Assembly (NCBI GenBank): GCA_944385895.1
Contig: CALWYZ010000009.1
Coordinates: 1,859-65,858 of the forward strand
Direction of reading: 5' to 3'
From: an uncultured Clostridia bacterium
GTDB taxonomy: Bacteria > Bacillota > Clostridia > Oscillospirales > QAKW01
DNA: 64,000 nucleotides
The position numbers and the translations under genes were made by a program. Below are positions 27,078 to 36,771 of this stretch, piece by piece (within the stretch, counting starts at the first letter, position 1; every line of letters begins with the position of its first letter). Under the pieces are notes generated by a model. It saw only the letters and a program-made list of their open reading frames with translations. It was not told the origin of the DNA and did no database searches.

Positions 27078-28121
27078 TTACCCGATTTTAGACAGAGGTT
27101 TTATATCTATTTTATTATATCCCGTAAGCTTTGCCGCAAGACGTGCGTTCTGACCTTCTTTACCGATTGCAAGAGAAAGCTGATCGTCTGAGACGATTAC
27201 TGTACAGCTTTTTTCCGCTTCATTGGCCATTACGCTTATAACATTTGCAGGAGCAAGTGCCTGAGTAATATACTCTTCAGGATTTTCAGAGTATTTTATT
27301 ATATCGATTTTCTCACCCTTTAGTTCATCGCAAATATTGGCTATCCTCATACCTTTTGATCCGATGCAGGCACCCACAGGATCAACCTCTTCATTTGAAG
27401 ACCAAACCGCTATTTTTGTTCTGCTTCCCGCCTCGCGTGCGATAGACTTGATTTCAACTGTACCGTCAAATATTTCAGGTACTTCCAGCTCAAACAGGCG
27501 TTTAACAAGTCCGGGGTGAGTTCTGGATATAAGCACCTGCGGCCCGCGCTGTGTTTTTCTGACCTCGACCACATAAATTTTTATCCTGTCTCCCTCTTTG
27601 AGCACCTCTCCCGGGATTTGCTCGTTTTTTACAAGCATCGCCTCGCTCTTTCCGATAGTGAGAGTGGCATTGCCGGACGGCTCTACACGACTGACAACAG
27701 TTGAAATTATTTCCGACTCTTTTCCGTCAAACTCCTGATACAGAAGGCCGCGTTCCGCATCCCTTATGCCCTGGATTATCACCTGCTTTGCGGCTTGCGC
27801 TGCGATGCGTCCGAATTCTTTTGTCTTTACCTCTCTTTTTATCTGACCGCCTATTTTAGCGCGTTTGGAGCCCTTTTCCAAAAGCTCTGCAAGACTTATC
27901 TCAAGCGCGTCGTTTTCCACCTTTTCAACTATTGTTTTTATCTGATACAGCTTTATATCCTTTTTTTCTTTATTTATTACAACAATTGCATTATCTGACG
28001 TACCGAATGCTTTTTTTGCAGCGCTCATCAACGCTGCCTCGACCTTTTCCAGCATATAATCAGCAGGAATGCCTTTTTCCGCTTCTATCAGGTCAATAGC
28101 TTTGAAAAATTCCGAATTCAT
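27078..28121 (-). CDS. nusA: Transcription termination/antitermination factor NusA
   Basis: S1 and KH regions (GACIGSKGMRI, AIGKEGQNARLAAKLTG). Confidence 0.95.
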   Translation of the reverse strand: MNSEFFKAIDLIEAEKGIPADYMLEKVEAALMSAAKKAFGTSDNAIVVINKEKKDIKLYQIKTIVEKVENDALEISLAELLEKGSKRAKIGGQIKREVKTKEFGRIAAQAAKQVIIQGIRDAERGLLYQEFDGKESEIISTVVSRVEPSGNATLTIGKSEAMLVKNEQIPGEVLKEGDRIKIYVVEVRKTQRGPQVLISRTHPGLVKRLFELEVPEIFDGTVEIKSIAREAGSRTKIAVWSSNEEVDPVGACIGSKGMRIANICDELKGEKIDIIKYSENPEEYITQALAPANVISVMANEAEKSCTVIVSDDQLSLAIGKEGQNARLAAKLTGYNKIDIKPLSKIG

Positions 28122-28151
28122 TTTTAATTTTTCTCCTTTTATCTGCTGTTA

Positions 28152-28628
28152 TTATGAAAATTCATTAAAATCTACATACGGACGAATATAACTTGCATCC
28201 TTTGTATTGACTATTCTTCGTGTTCCGTCGTCGCACTGAACAGTAAACATACCGTCGCTGTACGCACAAAGCTGACCCGAAAATTCCTTTGGTCCGTCCT
28301 GAGACTTATACAAGCGCACTTCTATTTTTTTGTTCATAAAACGCATAAAGTCTTTTTCGGTTTTTATCGGACGATCAAGACCTACCGACGATACTTCCAG
28401 GTAATAGCTGTCCTGAATAGGATCCTTCTCATCCAGCACAGGATCTATTGCTCGTGACAAGCGCTCGCAGTCGTCCGAACTGATAACACCGCCCGGTTTA
28501 TCGATATATATACGCAGAAAATAGTACGCGCCTTCCTTTACGTACTCAACATCATACAATTCATATCCCAGCTCTTCTACATAGGGCAAAACAAGCTCCG
28601 TTACAATTTCCGCCGTATTTTTTTTCAC
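28152..28628 (-). CDS. rimP: Ribosome maturation factor RimP
   Basis: Size, sequence and position upstream of nusA. Confidence 0.9.
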   Translation of the reverse strand: MKKNTAEIVTELVLPYVEELGYELYDVEYVKEGAYYFLRIYIDKPGGVISSDDCERLSRAIDPVLDEKDPIQDSYYLEVSSVGLDRPIKTEKDFMRFMNKKIEVRLYKSQDGPKEFSGQLCAYSDGMFTVQCDDGTRRIVNTKDASYIRPYVDFNEFS

Positions 28629-28769
28629 ACAAGCCCTCCTTGCAATATTTAAGAGGACTGCGTCAACAGTCCTCTTATCATTTACTTGTAATTATTATAA
28701 CACGCTGCTTTTAAAAAATCAAGCTGTTTTTAAAACTTATACTTCATTTATTAAATTATAAATAAAAAT

Positions 28770-28795
28770 CAGTCCCCTTAAAAATAAGGGGACTG
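28770..28795 (-). terminator. Rho-independent terminator after hydA
   Basis: Stem cagtcccctt / aaggggactg followed on the minus strand by atttttattt. Confidence 0.75.
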
Positions 28796-28804
28796 TATAT
28801 CTCT

Positions 28805-30556
28805 TTAAAGAGTGCCAAAGCGGCTTCTCTTAACATACGTAGTATGGAATGCCTCATGTGCCTTATGGCTGCCGGGTTTTTCAAAATACTCGGCATATAC
28901 TTCCTTCAAAACAGGATTATCATGCGACTTTCTGAGCGGCATATTTTTATCAATATTATAAAGAACAGCCGCACGTTTGCCTCGAACATCCTCAAAGTTA
29001 CGCACCGAACCCGGAACAATCGGCTGTCCGCCGCCGTTTACACAGCCGCCCGGGCATGCCATAATCTCGATAAACTGGTAATCAGCCTCGCCGCTGCGCA
29101 CTTTTTTCATGAGTTCTTTAGCATTTGCAAGACCGGACGCAACCGCGACCTTTACTTTAAGGCCTCCTACATCATATGATGCTTCCTTTATACCGGCTGT
29201 ACCGCGTACTTCAGTAAACTCAAGATTTCCAAGTTCCTCACCGGTTATAGTCTCAACAGCCGTTCTCAGAGCTGCCTCCATAACACCGCCCGTGGCGCCG
29301 AATATAACACCGGCACCTGTAGATGCTCCAAGCGGCAAATCAAACTTTTCGTCTGCAAGAGAATTGAAATTTATACCCGCACGTTTGATCATTCTTGCAA
29401 GCTCGCGTGTTGTTATTACCGCATCAACATCAGGAACACCGGCTGCGTCCTGATCATCGCGTCCTATTTCAAACTTCTTAGCGGTACATGGCATAACCGA
29501 TACAACGTAAATATCTTTAGGATCTATTCCTTTTTTATCCGCATACCATGTTTTTGCAAGCGCACCAAACATCTGCTGAGGAGACTTACAGGTAGAAAGG
29601 TTATCAAGAAGATCAGGGAAATTATATTCACAGAATTTTATCCAGCCCGGAGAGCAGGATGTTATCATTGGAAGCTTACCGCCGTTCTGAATTCTTTCTA
29701 CAAGCTCGTTTGCCTCTTCGATTATTGTTAAATCAGCGGCTAAATCAGTATCATATACGCCGTTAAAGCCTAGTCTGCGAAGAGCCGCTACCATTTTGCC
29801 TTCTCCGTCAGTGCCAATAGGATTACCGAACTCTTCTGCGATAGCAGAACGCACAGCAGGTGCTGTCTGAACTATAACATGCTTGCTGTCATCGGAAAGC
29901 GCTTCCCACACCTTGTCTGTGCTGTCCTTCTCAAACAGAGCACCTGTCGGACAGTTTACTACACACTGGCCACAGGATACGCATGAGGTCTCATCAAGCA
30001 ATGCCTCAAAAGGAGAACCTATATGAGTCGCAAATCCACGTTCGTTTGAACCGATTACCGAAACCGCCTGGTTTTTATCACAGACTGCTACACAGCGACG
30101 ACAAAGAATACACTTTGAATTATCACGATACATATGCGCTGCAGAATCATCGATCACAGACGGTGTCTTGTCTCCGTCGTATTTTGCCGCATTATCCACA
30201 CCGTACTCGTTACAGAGAGACTGCAATTCGCAGCTTCCGCTTCTTATACACTGCAAACAGCTGCGATTATGGTTTGAAAGCAAAAGTTCAAGAGTCATAC
30301 GTCTTGCGTTAAGTACTCTGGGTGATGCTGTGAACACTTCCATACCCTCGTTTACAGGATATACACAAGATGCTACCAATGTACGTGCGCCTTTGACCTC
30401 AACTACACATATACGGCAGGCGCCGATCTCGTTGATCTCTCTCATATAGCAAAGAGTAGGAATGTCAATATTGACCGACTTTGCAGCCTGAAGAATGGTG
30501 GTGCCCGCTGGAACGGTCACATCGATATTATTTATTTTCAGATTTACCATATTCAT
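28805..30556 (-). CDS. hydA: [FeFe] hydrogenase catalytic subunit (HydA of a HydABC/Hnd-type complex)
   Basis: N-terminal 2Fe-2S and 4Fe-4S Cys motifs. H-cluster signatures VMPCTAKKFE and EIMACPGGCVNGGGQP. The first signature reads TSCSPGW. Confidence 0.9.
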   Translation of the reverse strand: MNMVNLKINNIDVTVPAGTTILQAAKSVNIDIPTLCYMREINEIGACRICVVEVKGARTLVASCVYPVNEGMEVFTASPRVLNARRMTLELLLSNHNRSCLQCIRSGSCELQSLCNEYGVDNAAKYDGDKTPSVIDDSAAHMYRDNSKCILCRRCVAVCDKNQAVSVIGSNERGFATHIGSPFEALLDETSCVSCGQCVVNCPTGALFEKDSTDKVWEALSDDSKHVIVQTAPAVRSAIAEEFGNPIGTDGEGKMVAALRRLGFNGVYDTDLAADLTIIEEANELVERIQNGGKLPMITSCSPGWIKFCEYNFPDLLDNLSTCKSPQQMFGALAKTWYADKKGIDPKDIYVVSVMPCTAKKFEIGRDDQDAAGVPDVDAVITTRELARMIKRAGINFNSLADEKFDLPLGASTGAGVIFGATGGVMEAALRTAVETITGEELGNLEFTEVRGTAGIKEASYDVGGLKVKVAVASGLANAKELMKKVRSGEADYQFIEIMACPGGCVNGGGQPIVPGSVRNFEDVRGKRAAVLYNIDKNMPLRKSHDNPVLKEVYAEYFEKPGSHKAHEAFHTTYVKRSRFGTL

Positions 30557-30570
30557 TACCTGTTACCTCC

Positions 30571-32361
30571 TTACTCTTTGATTATAGCGCCAAACTTACA
30601 GTTGGACATACATACACCGCATTTTATACATTTGGCAGGATCTATCACATGTTTTTCCTTGACTGCGCCTGATATCGCATTTACAGGACACTTTCTCGCG
30701 CAAAGCGTACAGCCTTTACATGCATCTGTGATTTTGTATTGAAGCAAGGATTTGCATACACCGGCTGGACATTTTTTATCTACTATATGAGCTATATATT
30801 CATCTCTGAAATACTTCAATGTAGAAAGTATGGGGTTGGGAGCTGTCTGACCCAAACCGCACAGCGCGTTATCCTTTATATAGTGGCAAAGCTTCTCAAG
30901 ATCATCCAGATCCTGCATTGTTGCCTTTCCGCTGGTTATTTTATCAAGGTATTCCAACAAACGTTTTGTTCCAACACGGCAGGGTGTGCACTTACCGCAG
31001 GATTCATCAACCGTAAATTCAAGGAAGAACTTTGCTATATCAACCATACAGTTGTCTTCATCCATAACGATAAGTCCGCCCGAACCCATCATGGAACCGA
31101 TAGCCGCCAGTGAATCATAATCTATTGGTGTATCAATCAGCGATGCGGGTATACATCCGCCTGAAGGACCGCCGGTCTGGGCAGCTTTGAATTTTTTGCC
31201 GTTAGGTATGCCTCCGCCTATATCCTCTATTATCTCACGCAGAGTTGTTCCCATAGGTATTTCAACAAGTCCTGTATTGACTATTTTACCGCCAAGCGCA
31301 AATACTTTTGTACCCTTTGACTTTTCAGTACCCATACTGGCAAACCAATCTGCGCCTTTAAGAATGATCTGAGGGATATTTGCGTATGTCTCTACGTTAT
31401 TATTCATTGTAGGTATGCTGAATATACCTTTGTCAGACGGGAACGGAGGACGGGGACGAGGTTCGCCACGATTGCCTTCGATAGAAGTCATAAGTGCAGT
31501 TTCCTCGCCGCAGACAAACGCTCCCGCACCGAGACGTATTTCGATATCAAAGCAGAAGTCTGTACCGAATATATTATCGCCCAAAAGACCGTATTCTTTC
31601 GCCTGATTTATAGCGATCTGAAGTCTGTGCACCGCTATCGGATATTCAGCTCTTATGTATACAAAGCCCTTGCATGCGCCAACAGCATAAGCCGCAATAG
31701 ACATTGCCTCGATTATTGCATGCGGATCGCCCTCAAGTACGGAACGGTCCATAAACGCGCCGGGATCACCTTCATCGGCGTTACAGCATACATATTTTAT
31801 CTTTGATTTATTTCTTGAGGCAAAATCCCATTTAAGGCCGGTCGGAAATCCCGCGCCGCCGCGACCGCGAAGACCGCTGTCTTTTATGCATTGAATAACT
31901 TCCTGAGGTGTCATCTGGGTGAGTACTTTTCCCAGTGCCTCATAGCCGTCATATGCTATGTACTCATCGATATTTTCAGGGTTTATTACACCGCAGTTGC
32001 GAAGTGCAACACGCTTCTGCTTTTTATAAAACGCGGTATCGTTTAATGAGTCATGCTCTACTCCGCTTTCATCTACCGAGTCTGTGTACAGATATTTTTT
32101 TACGACACGGCCTTTTATTATATGTTCTGAAACTATTTCAGGGATCATTGAAGGCTCTACACGACTGTAAAAAGCGCCTTCCGGATAAACTATCATGATG
32201 GGGCCGAGTGCACATAATCCGAAGCAACCGGTCATTACGACTTTTACCTCATCCTGAAGATTGTTTTTGGCAAGCTCACTGTTTAAAGTGTCAATCACTT
32301 TCTGACTGCCGGAAGAAGTACAGCCTGTACCGCCGCAAACAAGTATATGGCTTCTTATCAT
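30571..32361 (-). CDS. hydB: NuoF-like flavoprotein subunit of the hydrogenase (HydB/HndC)
   Basis: GRGGAGFPTG FMN/NADH motif and C-terminal ferredoxin Cys clusters. I prefer the ATG at 32361 (GGAG RBS) over the upstream TTG at 32394. Confidence 0.9.
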   Translation of the reverse strand: MIRSHILVCGGTGCTSSGSQKVIDTLNSELAKNNLQDEVKVVMTGCFGLCALGPIMIVYPEGAFYSRVEPSMIPEIVSEHIIKGRVVKKYLYTDSVDESGVEHDSLNDTAFYKKQKRVALRNCGVINPENIDEYIAYDGYEALGKVLTQMTPQEVIQCIKDSGLRGRGGAGFPTGLKWDFASRNKSKIKYVCCNADEGDPGAFMDRSVLEGDPHAIIEAMSIAAYAVGACKGFVYIRAEYPIAVHRLQIAINQAKEYGLLGDNIFGTDFCFDIEIRLGAGAFVCGEETALMTSIEGNRGEPRPRPPFPSDKGIFSIPTMNNNVETYANIPQIILKGADWFASMGTEKSKGTKVFALGGKIVNTGLVEIPMGTTLREIIEDIGGGIPNGKKFKAAQTGGPSGGCIPASLIDTPIDYDSLAAIGSMMGSGGLIVMDEDNCMVDIAKFFLEFTVDESCGKCTPCRVGTKRLLEYLDKITSGKATMQDLDDLEKLCHYIKDNALCGLGQTAPNPILSTLKYFRDEYIAHIVDKKCPAGVCKSLLQYKITDACKGCTLCARKCPVNAISGAVKEKHVIDPAKCIKCGVCMSNCKFGAIIKE

Positions 32362-32446
32362 TTTTATCTCCATTCTGCCGCCGCGATGCGGCAAGTATTT
32401 TTATTGTCGTTCTCTGAATCGCGCTGTTTAACAGAGAATATTATTC

Positions 32447-32824
32447 TTATTTATCGGCGTTGCCTATTGTATATTCCTCAACAGCCCTGTTGTTTACAAG
32501 ATGCTCATGTACGATTTTTGCAACCTTATCTGGGTTCATCTTTACATAAGTGGTTTTTTCACCGGTAGGCATAATAACCTCTACTATCGGCTCCAGACGG
32601 CATACACCGATACAGCCTGTCTGTGTAACAAGCACGTTCTTAAGGCCTCTGTTTTGTACCTCTTCTATAAACTTATTCAGTACCGGACGGGCACCGGCGG
32701 CTATTCCGCAGGTCGCCATACCGACAACAACTCTTATAACGCTGTCCGCATCTTCTACGCCGCGAAGCTGAACGCTATTTTGCATTTTTGCTTTTATTGC
32801 CCTGAGTTCTTCCAAGCTTTTCAT
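32447..32824 (-). CDS. Thioredoxin-like [2Fe-2S] ferredoxin (HndB-like)
   Basis: Cys pattern MATCGIAAG...GCIGVC. The start at 32824 forms a TAATG overlap with the upstream stop, with an AGGAGG RBS. Confidence 0.75.
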   Translation of the reverse strand: MKSLEELRAIKAKMQNSVQLRGVEDADSVIRVVVGMATCGIAAGARPVLNKFIEEVQNRGLKNVLVTQTGCIGVCRLEPIVEVIMPTGEKTTYVKMNPDKVAKIVHEHLVNNRAVEEYTIGNADK

Positions 32825-33375
32825 TATATTTTGCCTCCTTCTATGCACTGTAAATTTTCATTTATATATTCGGTGAGCCATGTTATTACTTCCGGCTCAT
32901 TTAAAGGTATATCACCCAGCTGCTCTTTCACCTGATCGGTATCGAGCATAAAGCTGCCCGAATCAGTTTTATGTTTATATATATAACGGATATCCGGGCT
33001 GGCAAATATCAGCGAAACGACAGTTGACGCTATATCGCCAATAGGCGGTCGGTCCAGATGCGTCAATCTGAAGTCAGCATGCACTTTTGTACCCTTTGAG
33101 GGTTTTGAGCTTATATCAAAGTGACCGTCCGTATCTATTGCCTGTTGCCTTAACAGGGGTATACCCAGTCCAACCTTACGAGTGGTGCGTGTCGTAACAA
33201 ACGGGTCAATTACTCGCAAAAGCATTTGCTCATCCATTCCGCATCCGTTATCTGCAATATCTACACTGACAAAATCATCTTTTTTACTTTCCGTTACGCA
33301 TATTTCTATTTTGCTTGCTTTTGCTTTTACGGAATTATTTGCAATATCAAGAATATTCAGTGACAGTTCTTTCAT
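32824..33375 (-). CDS. Histidine-kinase-like ATPase (HATPase_c) protein embedded in the hyd operon
   Basis: LNILDIANNS (N-box-like), DNGCGM (G1-like) and GLGIPLL (G2-like). Confidence 0.7.
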   Translation of the reverse strand: MKELSLNILDIANNSVKAKASKIEICVTESKKDDFVSVDIADNGCGMDEQMLLRVIDPFVTTRTTRKVGLGIPLLRQQAIDTDGHFDISSKPSKGTKVHADFRLTHLDRPPIGDIASTVVSLIFASPDIRYIYKHKTDSGSFMLDTDQVKEQLGDIPLNEPEVITWLTEYINENLQCIEGGKI

Positions 33376-33380
33376 GATTT

Positions 33381-33875
33381 TCAGTTAATATATTTTGCAA
33401 GTATTCCGGGTATCTCAGAAACCGTTAGACGGCCGAAAACCTCATCATTTATAGTCATAACCGGAGCCAGTCCGCATGCTCCTATACATCTTGTAGCATC
33501 GAGTGAAAATTTTCCGTCAGAAGAACATTCTCCTACATCTACACCTATAATTTCCTTTATTTTATTAAGAATATCTCCCGAGCCTTTTACATAGCATGCA
33601 GTACCAAGACATACAGATATTTGATACTGTCCTTTGGGCGCCAGCGAAAACTGAGCATAAAAGGTAACAACACCGTAAATGTGCTCAAGAGATATGTCCA
33701 GCTCCTGAGAAATGATTTTCTGCACTTCTATCGGCAGATATCCGTAAATCTCCTGGGCTCCCTGCAGCACCGGCATCAGAGGACCGTCAATATTTCTGTA
33801 CTTTTCAATGACCTCATACAGCTTTTCCTCCTGCTCTTTTGTCCCTCTAAAAGGAACCGTGGATTTTTTACTCAT
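33381..33875 (-). CDS. hydC: NuoE-like [2Fe-2S] subunit (HydC/HndA)
   Basis: Cys pattern CLGTAC...CIGACGLAP. Confidence 0.9.
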   Translation of the reverse strand: MSKKSTVPFRGTKEQEEKLYEVIEKYRNIDGPLMPVLQGAQEIYGYLPIEVQKIISQELDISLEHIYGVVTFYAQFSLAPKGQYQISVCLGTACYVKGSGDILNKIKEIIGVDVGECSSDGKFSLDATRCIGACGLAPVMTINDEVFGRLTVSEIPGILAKYIN

Positions 33876-34000
33876 TTTTTTCCTCCTTAATACCGTTCAG
33901 AATAAAATTGACAATAATTTAAATCGCTGTATCAATATTGCGATACGCCAAAATATATAATAACATAAACTATTATTGATTTCTACATTTTTTGCAAATT

Positions 34001-34735
34001 TTATAATTTATTTTTCAAAAATCCCATAACTTTCGAAGAGGTCAATGTAGGCTTATCATAACAAAAAAAGTTTTTACCGTTATTTTCCGATATATTTTCA
34101 AGATAATGCGCATCACTATTATACATATAAAAGTAATTTTCATCTTTCAAAAATGACTGTGTTTTAATATAATCATCCGGAGCGTTGACCGACAGTTCAA
34201 GTAGTTTAAAGCCCATATTCTTATCAACCATACCCAAAACAGACACCAAACTTTTTGTGGTCTTATCAATATGTGCAGGGATCGCTATCCCGCCGTAGCT
34301 GTCAACCAGCTGTCCTACTTTATCAATGGTGATGGATGTGGCATTTATAAGATATCTCGGATCAGTACCCGTTTCCTCATCATTTTCATCAAGGATCTGC
34401 TGACGGCCGAATATCTCCTCATTATTTTTTATCTGCGGCAGTGCCGGGCGGACCTGATCATTATCAAATTTTTCGGCGCTGTCAACATCAGAAAAAAGGC
34501 AGAGGACATGTATTTCCTCCGCTGTTTCAAGCTCCATACCCGGTAAAAATATCAATCCTGCATTTTTTGCGATTTTTTCTGTTGCGCGCACGTTTGCACA
34601 GCTGTTATGGTCTGTAAGAGCAATAATACTAAGTCCGTTGAGCTTTGCCATGTTGACAATATTATTCGGTGTCATATCCGCATCGCCGCACGGGGACAGT
34701 GCGGAATGAATATGTAAATCATAATAATATTTCAT
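34001..34735 (-). CDS. PHP-domain phosphoesterase
   Basis: YDLHIHSALSPCG...LTDHNS metal-binding motifs. Confidence 0.8.
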   Translation of the reverse strand: MKYYYDLHIHSALSPCGDADMTPNNIVNMAKLNGLSIIALTDHNSCANVRATEKIAKNAGLIFLPGMELETAEEIHVLCLFSDVDSAEKFDNDQVRPALPQIKNNEEIFGRQQILDENDEETGTDPRYLINATSITIDKVGQLVDSYGGIAIPAHIDKTTKSLVSVLGMVDKNMGFKLLELSVNAPDDYIKTQSFLKDENYFYMYNSDAHYLENISENNGKNFFCYDKPTLTSSKVMGFLKNKL

Positions 34736-35070
34736 TTATTGCACATTACCTTATTTATAAGCAGGCAGGTTTCATAAACAGGTTTATCACTTGACAATAC
34801 AGCAACGCCGTTTTCGTTTGCCTTTTGCAAAGCAGCACTGTCAAGCGACACTCCCTCACAAAGCACAACACATGACAAATCAGCCATAACAGCAACTGCT
34901 ATGACATTTACATTTGTCATCACAGTAACTAGCACAGCATCCTGAGCGGCTCTGCCTATGACCCATGACAAAAGATCGCACGCATACACTCCGCCGATTT
35001 CCCTGTCGTTATCTTGTTTATCGGTAACAAGCGTAAAGCCTGCTGCTTTACACAATTCACTTACTTTCAT
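34732..35070 (-). CDS. DRTGG-like small domain protein
   Basis: 112 aa. Similar in pattern to 36768-37124, and sits in the typical context next to a hydrogenase-like sensor. Confidence 0.5.
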   Translation of the reverse strand: MKVSELCKAAGFTLVTDKQDNDREIGGVYACDLLSWVIGRAAQDAVLVTVMTNVNVIAVAVMADLSCVVLCEGVSLDSAALQKANENGVAVLSSDKPVYETCLLINKVMCNK

Positions 35071-35073
35071 ATC

Positions 35074-36333
35074 TTAATCGGCGAGAATATCCCGCAGCTC
35101 CTTTTTCATTATTATCATGCAGTCCGACATTTTTGACTTGCCCAGCGCCACATCCTGCGCGAAGCATGCACATGTAGGAGAGCCGCATGCTGCGCAGTCA
35201 ATACCCGGAAGTTTTTGCTCAATCTGCGCTATCTTAAGCATTATCTCCATAGCCTTTTTCGGATCGTCTGCAAGCTCCAGCGCAGGATTATATTCCACCT
35301 CTCCGGACGACAAAAACTGTTCTTTTGTAAATTCCGGAAAATCAGACAGCCTGCTTACAGACACCGGCTGATATTTTCTCAAATGACGCACTTTTGTTTT
35401 TGCAATATACGGATTTTCAATATTCAGGCAGCCGCCTACGCAACCCGAAAAGCATGCATCAAGCTCTACAAAATCTATATCGCTTAGCTTATCGTTTTCT
35501 ATCTCATCGAGTATTTTTATCGCATTTTCTATACCGTCCGCAGCAAGGTATTTCGGCAAAAGAAGCGCTGTAGCCTCTCCTCCTGTATATGACCATGAAA
35601 TACCGGTTATTCCTGATATCTGCTCGCTTTGAGGCTTTTCTATTTGCTTCATAGCAGGTAGAAGTGCCATATACACCTCACTGGCGGAAAGTACTCCGTC
35701 AACTACCTTTTCATCCACTGTCGGATGATTGAGCGCGGTCACCTTGGCAGGACACGGCGAGATAAAAAAAACACCTATTTTTTCAGACGGAAGCCCTGTT
35801 TCCTTTTCAGCGCGGGCACGGGCAAGCTTTGCCGCGACCTCAACCGGAGGAAGGACGTTATGAAGATGCGGAAGCAACTTAGGAAAACGAACTTTTATCA
35901 GTTTCACTATTGCAGGACAGGCATTTGAAATAAGCGGACGCGGGTAGTCTTCTTTTTTCATCATTTCCCGGGTCATCTCACTTACAAGCTCCGCCGCCCC
36001 TGCAACCTCAAAAACATCATCAAATCCGATCTTTTTTAAGCCATCAAGGACATAATCTACACTTTCAAGATTGTTGAACTGAGCATATAATGAAGGAGCC
36101 GGCAAAGCTACGCAATATTCAAAATCACTCAGCTGTGACATTTTATCATATACTGCTTTTTTTGCATGATGAGGACAGATGCGTATACACTCACCACAGT
36201 CGATACATCTGTCGGAGATAATAAACGCCTTGCCGTTTTTAACTCGTATTGCCTCAGTCGGACAGCGCTTGACGCAGTTTATACAGCCGCGGCACTTATC
36301 GCTGTCAAGCGTTACTGAATGAAATTCCGACAT
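35074..36333 (-). CDS. [FeFe]-hydrogenase-like iron-sulfur protein, putative sensory (HydS-type, no PAS domain)
   Basis: Two CxxCxxCxxxCP ferredoxin motifs. Divergent H-cluster signatures SNACPA / SPCPAK / DACFSGCVGG. C-terminal CAACGSPTCACFAQDV...C Fe-S motif. Confidence 0.65.
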   Translation of the reverse strand: MSEFHSVTLDSDKCRGCINCVKRCPTEAIRVKNGKAFIISDRCIDCGECIRICPHHAKKAVYDKMSQLSDFEYCVALPAPSLYAQFNNLESVDYVLDGLKKIGFDDVFEVAGAAELVSEMTREMMKKEDYPRPLISNACPAIVKLIKVRFPKLLPHLHNVLPPVEVAAKLARARAEKETGLPSEKIGVFFISPCPAKVTALNHPTVDEKVVDGVLSASEVYMALLPAMKQIEKPQSEQISGITGISWSYTGGEATALLLPKYLAADGIENAIKILDEIENDKLSDIDFVELDACFSGCVGGCLNIENPYIAKTKVRHLRKYQPVSVSRLSDFPEFTKEQFLSSGEVEYNPALELADDPKKAMEIMLKIAQIEQKLPGIDCAACGSPTCACFAQDVALGKSKMSDCMIIMKKELRDILAD

Positions 36334-36345
36334 TTTTCATCACCT

Positions 36346-36771
36346 TCAATGCAAGTTTATTATTATCGTCACCGTTGTGCCTTTGCCCACCTCTGTGTCT
36401 ATATACATTTCATCAGAGTATTTTTTTATATTGGGAAGACCCATTCCGGCACCAAATCCGAGACTTCTGACCGTATCGGGCGCGGTCGAATAGCCCTCTT
36501 TCATGGCAAGCTCCACATCCGGTATGCCCTTGCCGTGATCAATAAGACGTATTGTTATTTTATCACTTTCAAGCATTACATCCGCTTCTCCGCCGCCTGC
36601 GTGTATTACCATATTTATTTCCGCTTCATACATTGCAATAGCGACCTTGCGAACTATATCCGGAGCTATGCCCAGCTTCTTAAGACTCATCTTGACGGCT
36701 GTTGACGCCTCACCTGCTGTTGTAAAGTCGCTGCCGTCAACTATGTAATGCATATTAAGAGCAGTACTCAC
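36346..36771 (-). CDS. Anti-sigma-factor-type Ser/Thr kinase-like HATPase protein
   Basis: EAEINMVIHA, DHGKGIPD and GFGAGMGLPNI motifs; 141 aa. Confidence 0.7.
   Translation of the reverse strand: MSTALNMHYIVDGSDFTTAGEASTAVKMSLKKLGIAPDIVRKVAIAMYEAEINMVIHAGGGEADVMLESDKITIRLIDHGKGIPDVELAMKEGYSTAPDTVRSLGFGAGMGLPNIKKYSDEMYIDTEVGKGTTVTIIINLH

Noticed and set aside
28651-28676. 10-bp hairpin just upstream of the rimP RBS, as a NusA-autoregulatory attenuator
   Set aside because: The stem is clear (aagaggactg/cagtcctctt), but on the minus strand it is not followed by a U-tract, so I did not call it a terminator.
33876-34000. Rex-type operator (TTGTGAA-N6-TTCACAA) in the hydCBA promoter region
   Set aside because: Only a short caatattg palindrome is present. 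I found no convincing Rex half-site pair.
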